The notes below the pieces were generated by a model. It was given only the letters and a program-made list of their open reading frames with translations, did not search any database and was not told the DNA's origin. 64,000 bases of DNA from Chrysomallon squamiferum (lineage: Eukaryota > Animalia > Mollusca). The stretch covers positions 20,150,001-20,214,000 of the forward strand of contig CM022671.1 of assembly GCA_012295275.1 (NCBI GenBank), given 5' to 3'. The translations under genes were made by a program, and so were the position numbers. This document shows positions 55,157 through 64,000 of this stretch, in pieces (the stretch's first letter is position 1; each line of letters begins with the position of its first letter).

Positions 55157-57417
55157 ACCATTCCTCTTTGTTATCTGAAATGCTGTACTGAGTGAGATTT
55201 AATACTATACATTAGCATGATGATATACTATAGCATTTTTATTACTATTAATTCTTTTTTTTTTTTAATTTCTGATGTTAAAACAGGGTTATTCAATTAA
55301 AAATAACTATCAATGTCTTATATATGCATATGCTTAAATGTTTCAGATGTGACTTCATTTGCAGTAAGATGCATTTATGAAATATTTGGGGTTCCTTTTT
55401 CAGTTTAAATTTTATTTTATTTTATGGCAAAACCAATACTGGATGGAAAACTGAGGGTCCGATTAACTTATTGTTTATTACCTGTTTATTATGAGTGTCA
55501 GCAAAATTAGTGGCATGTGGATTTCAATTTACTAAATGTGCAGTAATCCCTGTATTGTAAATAAGGACTTTGAAATTGTTTATTGTTAATTTTATAGTGA
55601 TATCTTGCTTTTAATCACTACTGAAATTAAAGTTTATCAAGAAAATCTAACACATTTCAAAACAAAGTATGTTTAAACATTTTATCTGTAGATTTATAAT
55701 GAGGTTCCATTTACAAAAATGTTTAAAACATTATTATTATCTATAAATACAAACCTTTTTGTTTCATTATTATTTATAGATTTTATATATTTCAATGATG
55801 CATATCCCAAGTTTACTACTTAAAAAGTAGAAATTTAAATAAAAAAAATAAACAAATAAAACATAATTGTTTATAATCCATAATTTAAAAAGGGACTAAA
55901 AAAAATGAAGAGATAAAAAGGAGATAATTTAAAAACAAGAAGAAAAAAAAAGTAAAATAGATCCTGTTTAATCTTTTTGATTATATTGCTGGATGTTATA
56001 ACATTGTTTCTTTCTTTTCCACTTGTGTTCCACTTTATCCATGATTAATTAAATAATGCTTCAAAATTTTACTGTTACATTAACTACTGGTGGATGTTTG
56101 TGTCATATTTTATTAAATACCATACAAAATATCATATTTAATGTGCTGAAGATACATTATAATCATGCTTTACACAGATCATAAATTTATTAATAATATG
56201 TTAATAGAAATTTTATTTATGTGGTGTTTTCTGTTAGGTTAATCATGTGACTATTTTATTCAAATTTAGTTTTAATTCTTTAATTTTATTAGTTCTTCTA
56301 TTTTATTTTTTTAATTTATCTATAAAGCAGAAACTAAATTCAAATATACATTTACTTACATAATTTCTGAAAGCATCATAAAAATCAGGTTAACATAAAA
56401 ATTATAGTAGATGTGTTTTTAATGTGCTTTCTTTCTTCACATAGGCATAGTAGTAAATAGAAAAAAATGTGAAAGCATAGTTTCTAAAAACTAATGATAT
56501 TATATATAATTATGACAGTACTTTTTTATTTATGAAGAAAAAAAAGACTGTTTTAGAATGTCTGTGATTTGTATTAGCAGTTGTGATATGATAGTTTATG
56601 AATTAATTTAATTTGTATGACAGATTAAATATTGTCTCACATAGGGCTTGTATTGTTTGCCCTCAACTTAGTTGTTTTAATCTATGAAATAATAGTATAT
56701 AATGTATAAATGAGTGTAGTGAAGTCCCTATGTGAAAATCTCAAAGAAAGAAAGTGCAGTATTTATAAATACTCAGCTGAGGGTTAAATGGTTTGGTTAA
56801 TATTGCTAAGGAAAGTGGCAATGTTTTGTTGCAGGTATCTCGTCTGTAACTATACAGTTCCAGCTACTTATTGCTTTAAAGAGCAGCAGTATGTATGTTT
56901 GTATGTTGTGTGCATATGTGTGTAAATTTTAAAAATGTTCAGTTCATTATGGGCAAAACAATGTATTAAGAATTTTAAAACTTCTGTATGAATTTTTTGA
57001 GATATAAACTATAATTTATTATTGTACATTTAATTTGAGTGCTCAAAAACAATCATTTTTCTTTGCCAACTGATATTTGCTTTCATGACTAAATATTAGA
57101 AAAAATAAAAAAATATAAAAATCTCTTTGAAACAAATATCACCAATGCATATTATAATGCTTTTTTTTCTTTGTGTTTTTAATATCTTATGGCTTTTTGC
57201 ACAACAGGTTTGGGTTAGCTGTGTAATAATCTTAGTCTTATTTGCAGTGTAAGAACTTTAAGACGTTCTGTTGCAACAACTAGTTTTTCATTTTGTTGAA
57301 ACATTTGAGTAAAGATAAACTGCTACTTTATATAATGTAGGTGTAACACATATCACATATATAAAGTTACATTTCGAATATTCTGAATGAAGTGTGATAA
57401 AATGAATTAAAATGAAT

Positions 57418-57471
<54 letters not shown>

Positions 57472-59400
57472 GTATTTAATTAATATTGGGTGCTGCTGAA
57501 TTTTTATAAATAATATGGTTTAGATTTGCTATGTAAAAATACACAAAAAAAATATTAGTGCATAAAAAATACCAGCTGTTTGGCTCTTTTTTTTATACAC
57601 ATAATCATTAATGACTATTTTATATTAGGTATTTTTATTCTTCATTTATTTTGTGTTTGATAATTACTTTATTGAATTTCAATTAAACAAAAATGTGATG
57701 AAAATTATTATAAATTTGTTCACGAAGATATAATCAGATTTTAGAAATCCAGAAAAATAAATACATTTTTATTTTGAAATCTAATTTACCAAAGTGTGTA
57801 TTGAGATTGATACTCATTTTTAACTAAATGTTTTCTTTCTTTTTTCCCCTCTACTTTTATCAAAGTATATTGTGAAAAAGTATCCACTTACTGCACAAAA
57901 TTCTAGATTTTTAATATTTATTTTTCATTTATTCTTGTGTATTTCTTTTTCTGCAAGTATCATGTTATACATATTAATATAAAAATAAACTTATTAATAT
58001 CAGTGTATTCCATGTTATTTAAGGAATTGCACTTTCTGGTAAATTGAAGTAAAACAAGTATCTCTGAAGTGCAATAGTTTTAATATTTTATAATGTGTGA
58101 TGTTTTTCTTTAACAGTATTTATTTAGTGTGGAATAAGAAAATGGACTATATTGATCTGATATGTAAAAAAAAACAAATCCACATACACATTTATATATA
58201 ATTATTTACAAATGTTTTAGAAGGTTTATTGTAATAATATTGCATTTATACATACCAATGTATTGTTTGTGACAGTACAACAAAATATTCAGTTTTGAAA
58301 ATCTGATTGGTTTTTGAATGTTTTAACATAAAAATAAAAATATATACTATTCTTACTAAACTGAGTTAGTGCATGAGATTAATGTTATTAAAAAACAAAA
58401 ACGAAACAAAATTTAACACTTTTTATTAAAAAGAAAAGAGAAATGTTAATTAATTTTTTGGTTTAATGCTTCCAAAAATAGACTTATTTTAACTACATAA
58501 GCCCAAATTAACATGCTGTATAATAACATAAAATTAACAAGAATTTTATTAATTCCCATTCCCATTTATGATATAGGGAAATCAGTATTGTAATAATACA
58601 TATAATACATTGATTTTTTTTGTTTTTGTTTTTGTTCAGATATTTTTTATTTCAGTGGTAAATTACAGATAAATTACATTTTCCAAAAAGAATACCTCCG
58701 CTGCTTTAAGCAGCATTTTAAAATTTGGTTGTGTATAGTTGTTTATCCTATTTTAATCTCTGTTCTAGGAACAAAAATAACTGAATAACTTGTAAGGTTA
58801 TTTGTGATTTCTTGTGGTCTGTCACTTTGTGATTTTTGCCTTTGTTGTATTTTATTTGCCTGATTATATGAGACTAAATTTGTGTAAATAAATTATAACT
58901 TAATAGATCTACTTGTGAAATGGGGCATTCTTTGATTCCAGGGAAATTAAAATTCTTTTTCTTACCTTTTTGTGTTTTTTTTTAATTATATGAGAGTATG
59001 TGTGCATATGTATGTGTTTATCTTCATTTATGTACATGTGCACCTAATTATATTACATTACAAAGCTTGTTAAAGACAATTATTTAGGGTGAAAGATTTT
59101 TATTTTTTTGTTACAAATAAAATTATTCTGCTTTTTAACATCCATTTTTTTAATACATGTGCTAAACAAAACTACATCTATCTAATTTTATTTTTATACA
59201 GACACTGCAAGTTTTGTCTGTTGAATTTAAGTGTGTGTGTTCTCTTTGTTTGATAATCTGTTTACTCTAGAAGCACTGAAGTAAAAACAAACATGATAGA
59301 CAGTATTTATGTAAATTTAATGGACAAGGCACACATGGCACAACACTGTTATCCAGAACATTGAAAACGTGCACAAAGATTAACAATGCAATAAAGAATA
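55157..59400 (+). other. Probable long 3' UTR of TBC1D25
   Basis: T-rich, CpG-poor sequence after the stop, with AATAAA at about 59116 and 59390. Beyond about 59300 the strand bias flips to A-rich. Confidence 0.35.
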
Positions 59401-61148
59401 GGTAAATTATTATGGCAGCTAAAACTTATGCAGTTTTAACATTGCATCATCTTAGGCATTTTGCCAAGATACAATCCTTTTCAAACAGACAATTTTATTT
59501 TAAAAAAAACAAAAAACATTAAAAATATTTGAAAACTAACACTAATGTTTAAACAGCATTTAAGTTGATGTCTTTAGTTATCATGAAAATATTTATAATG
59601 TTCATGGGGCACCATCTTAGCCATACTCTTTTTGTTTTCAAACACTGACATTAAAAACATTTAAGATCATTTCTTCAATTACTGTCAAAATGTTTATTGA
59701 TAATGTTTATGTTTACTGAATCCATATTCAGTGTTTGGAAATGATTGTATCTAGGCTACATGCCTAAGATGATGCCATGTAGCCAAAATATTATTTCCAA
59801 ACACAGACTTTTAGAAATAATTATTTCTGAGAAAAAATCCACTGGTATCTCTAATAACATATAAAATAACTTCTTACTGTAAAAATGTTTATTAATATTG
59901 CAAAAGAATGTCATAATTGTGTGTCCTGAATATCTGACATTTATTGCACAATCTGCTTTTAACTGCAAACCAAAAACATGAAACTTTCTAAATTTTGACT
60001 ATTTTGATACAATATAATTTAAAGAGCAAAATTATTTTTTCATAGTCATACTGAAATAATTATAAACATTCCAAAATCACCCTTCCATAATCAGCTAATA
60101 TGGGATTTCAACAATAAGAATAAAATAATAATTTTAAAAATTCTTGGCAAACAAATCCATACAGCATAAAATTATTATTCTTTCTATAAAAGATTATACT
60201 ATATGAAATTAAAATAAAGTACAATAAAGTAAAGTCAGTAAGTAAAATTAAATAAAAGATAATACTTGGAGAGATCTCCACTGATTTTCATTAGTTTACT
60301 TTATTTCACAAATAAACCAGTTTTAAAAAACAATACTCTTTATTTCTGTTTTTAAAAATTCATACTCTTATTACGAATTTGATGGTGTACAGGCTTAAGG
60401 CATTCCATATTTCATTATTACATACACACACAAAATCCTCTAAGGTAAAATAAGCAAAAACACCTGTAAAAATCCACATTAATGAGCAAACTGTTTTCTT
60501 TGAGTAGTCCACATAAAAAAACATAAAACTGAATTATAAAACAAACATTAATAAAACACATAATAATTTTAAAGATTTAGTTATTTGGATCACCAGTCAA
60601 AACAATAATAATAAAAGGTTTCAGATTTCATTAAATATCTGAAAATTTAACATTCAGAAAGAATAATAAAACAAAAACAAATTCAATATGTTCTTTGCAA
60701 CAGTTAATCTATATCCAAAATTACACATTTTTGTTAACAGTTAAAATACAACAATAAAGATATAAGCTTCAACAAATATATATTTATAATAATAAATATG
60801 TTGTTTTTATGCAACACAAATACACAGACCATGTGTTGCACCTTATATACATATATGTATACATATATATTAAAAATATATTAATATTATTCACTAACAA
60901 TAAAATTATTTACATTTTGAATACATAATAAATACATATAGGTGGACAAAAGATTTACCTACATTTTAAAAAATAACTTGATGATATCAGAATGACAAAT
61001 CAAATTATTATGAACTATGAATATAATATATATAAGCAGATCTATAGCATATATATACGTGTGTGTGTGTATGTGTGTGTGAGTTTGTGTTGACAAACAC
61101 ACACACACACACATATATATTTTTAAATTTTGTTATTGTTTAAATGCG

Positions 61149-61276
61149 TAGCTAGAATTTAATTCTAAATCTGTAAATCTCTAAAATATGACACACCTTC
61201 ACTTCACACACACACACACTAAGTGAAGGTGTGTCATATTTTAGAGATTTACAGATTTAGAATTAAATACTAGCTA
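61149..61276. repeat. Near-perfect inverted repeat: 56-bp arms, 16-nt (CA)n loop
   Basis: 61149-61204 is the reverse complement of 61221-61276 with one mismatch. Confidence 0.95.
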
Positions 61277-62084
61277 AGCACACACACACAAGAGTTTAAG
61301 ATGTTTTGACATTGAAGAATTATAACTATTTTGAAAACTACAGCCAATTACTATCAATGATCATGAACAAATTCAGCCACAAATTAAAGAGAACATGAAC
61401 TGCTCTACTCTTTCTTTCTGAATCTACAAATTAATACTGATAATGTAAACATTTTAACCATGGTCCATCATTTGAGCACTATTATCATTTGAACAAATGT
61501 TGGTTACCAACTATACTAAATTCTTTCTGAATATTTAATGAATTTTTAACTGCAAATGAACAGCTATATTTATTTATTTATTTATATATTTACTATTATT
61601 ATTATTCGTTTTTTTTTAAATTTTTAATTAATTTTTTTTATATGATAATCCAAGAGGTATGCAATATGATACAAGAATTAAATAGGATAGGGTGAATGTT
61701 CCATTTTTTCCAAAAATATTTGAAAATTTTCCTCTTCAACATATGTAACCTACAGATCTTCATTGTTAACCAGTTAAAACTAACATTGTATTGTATTAAT
61801 AATACGAATTCTGTCATGATTAAAATGTATAAGCATAAGAATTTTATCTTCAGTATATCTGTCATTCCAACAAGTCTTCAATTTTAATTAATTAAAACGA
61901 ATTAACAGGGTATTTCCTATTAAAAATAAAACAAATGGATAATAAATATTGTCAAGCATAAAATCATGATAATATTTTTTGTTTTTATTGGCATTTGTTA
62001 TGTCTCCTTTTCAAAATCATGTTAAAACAAAAACAATGATGTTTTCACTCAGTATTTTTCACAAAATGAATCAGTTGATGGTGC

Positions 62085-62173
62085 TCAAATGGACTTACTT
62101 GCCTCAGACTGTCTCAGTAGTGTTCAAATGGACTTACTTGCCTCAAACTGTCTCAGTAGTGTTCAAATGGACT
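62085..62173. repeat. 39-bp tandem repeat, about 2.3 copies
   Basis: Unit tcaaatggacttacttgcctcagactgtctcagtagtgt; one substitution between the two full copies. Confidence 0.9.
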
Positions 62174-63189
62174 TTCCTCAAACAGTATACAACATATTAA
62201 AACAGAATAGTCAGTATTTTCAAACAATAAAATAATAGCACTGAAAATGCTCATTATTTAATTGATGAAACAATACTATGTAAGTAACTTTATCAAAATA
62301 AATGCGCTCTCATTTTAGTGACCCCAATATTCAAATACATTAATGGAGCATTCATTCATCAATCAGTTCATTGTATTACTAACAAATATAATTATCTGGA
62401 ATGTAAATGTATATTCTAAATCAATGTTTTATTAGCAAATTAACAATTATTTTAAAAATGAATTAAAATTTAAGCCAAAACATAATGGCATTCAATCACC
62501 TGATTCAATTTTTCTTTTAATTTTCTTTTGATTTTTATAAATAATTCAAACAAATGAAATTTCTGCATGTCAGTTTTAATGAAATATATCATATCATAGT
62601 AATAGTATTCTATCTGAATTAAAGACAATATCATGATCAATTTCACAATGAATGTCTGATCTATAAATGTTATACTGCTTGAATGTCAGTAACATCCTCC
62701 AATTTCAGTTATGCCAATTTCCATCTGTGTCCAAAAATCCAACTTTACACAAATTTACCACGTCTTTTCTTTTTCCATAAATTTTTATAAAATAATAATA
62801 ATGATGATTATGATGATGATAATGATGATGATAAGCTGAAAAAGAACAGTGAGATCTGAATCTATAAATTGATATCAGTAATTAAAAATGTTCAGATTGT
62901 TCTTTTTTCAAAAATAAATGTTTATATGTATTGTTTTTGTTATTAAATTTTAAAAGAATCAAAGACTAAACTGTCATGTAATTTGTATTAATATTTTCTG
63001 ATTGTGATGTAGAATGAAGTTTAAAAAGTTCCAAAATCCAAAACTTTTTTCTTTTTGAGCAGCCAAGAAAGTGATAGTCTTTCTGATGGTCTAGGGTACA
63101 CAGATCATTTCATGCACAAAATTATTAAAGATATATAAAATAACCTGTAGACTATGTATATAAACTTTATAAGAAATTTAAATATATTT

Positions 63190-63289
63190 CATGTTTAGTC
63201 TTGGGTCTTATTTTCTGGCTATCGTCTTATATCTCTGAAAACCAAGACTCTTCCTGGTCCAGGCATATTGGATAAGGGACGCTAATTCT
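63190..63289 (-). other. Possible terminal exon of a minus-strand gene entering from beyond the window
   Basis: GC-richer island following an acceptor-like aattaacaagttacag. The sequence 3' of it on the minus strand (63190 down to about 59650) is T-rich like a 3' UTR. The reading frame is undetermined. Confidence 0.25.
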
Positions 63290-63790
63290 GTAACTTGTTA
63301 ATTTAAAATAAATAAATAAATAAATAAAGTTTAGATTGAAATAAGCTAACAAAGTATTTTCATTCTGACTCTTGGTTGATTTATATAAAATTTGATCATG
63401 GTATATTAAAAAGAAAAGGAAAAAAGGATTCTAAATATAAACCAGAATTAAACTGTAAAATAAACTTGATTTGTACATTATAATACTGAGAAAAACAAAT
63501 TCACAATTTACATACCTAAATGATATGGAATATTAGTCATAATTTACAGTATATTTGTATCTACATACATATGTATATACACATTCATATACACATACAT
63601 GTTTATGTATGTGTATATGTGTGAATGTGTGTATTACATCATACAGAACTATACATTATAATGATACACATTCCAAAATAATTTTCTATCCAGACTAACT
63701 ATATATCATAATATTAATTTGTACAATAATTATAAATTGTTGAATATCAGTTGTTCGTATTCTTATGTACATGTTTATATGTAAATATAC

Positions 63791-63833
<43 letters not shown>

Positions 63834-64000
63834 TTTAAATACATTAAACAGTATCAATATCTAAATGCAGTGAAAGAACTTTGAGAAACACAGTAAGTAA
63901 ATACATTCTTTAAATATCCACATGTGTTCATCTACATTAATTTCTACATATGTCTGAACATACATTATCATTCTTGTCACTGTGTATTTCTATCAAATAA

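Noticed and set aside
62085-62173. CRISPR-like array or repeat protein (ORF 61979-62200)
   Set aside because: Head-to-tail 39-bp units with no unique spacers, in eukaryotic context; an ordinary minisatellite.

Overview
AT-rich, intron-containing animal genomic DNA, most consistent with a lophotrochozoan invertebrate such as a mollusc (inference from repeat motifs and the coq-2 structure). By hand-tracing GT-AG splice sites I recover six protein-coding genes: the 3' part of a Cys-rich, probably GPI-anchored protein (+), COQ2 (-), POLR1G/RPA34 (-), MDM1 (+), TRMU/mnmA (-) and TBC1D25 (+). The window also holds two non-autonomous DNA-transposon relics, a near-perfect 56-bp hairpin, short tandem duplications and many microsatellites. 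The key observation is a 131-nt exon at 10597-10727 (-) inside COQ2 that the ORF track misses. It is a paralogue of the canonical 134-nt exon (8026-8159), has the same splice phases, and carries the Leu and Ser residues that mark the rhodoquinone-synthesising COQ-2e isoform. This predicts a mutually exclusive ubiquinone/rhodoquinone splicing switch and anaerobic mitochondrial metabolism in this animal. Other points of interest: a 1-nt frame break in the COQ2 mitochondrial presequence, a tandemly duplicated exon pair and an alternative first exon in MDM1, an inverted RPA34 domain architecture, and uORFs in front of TBC1D25. All identifications rest on recalled family motifs; no database searches were run.
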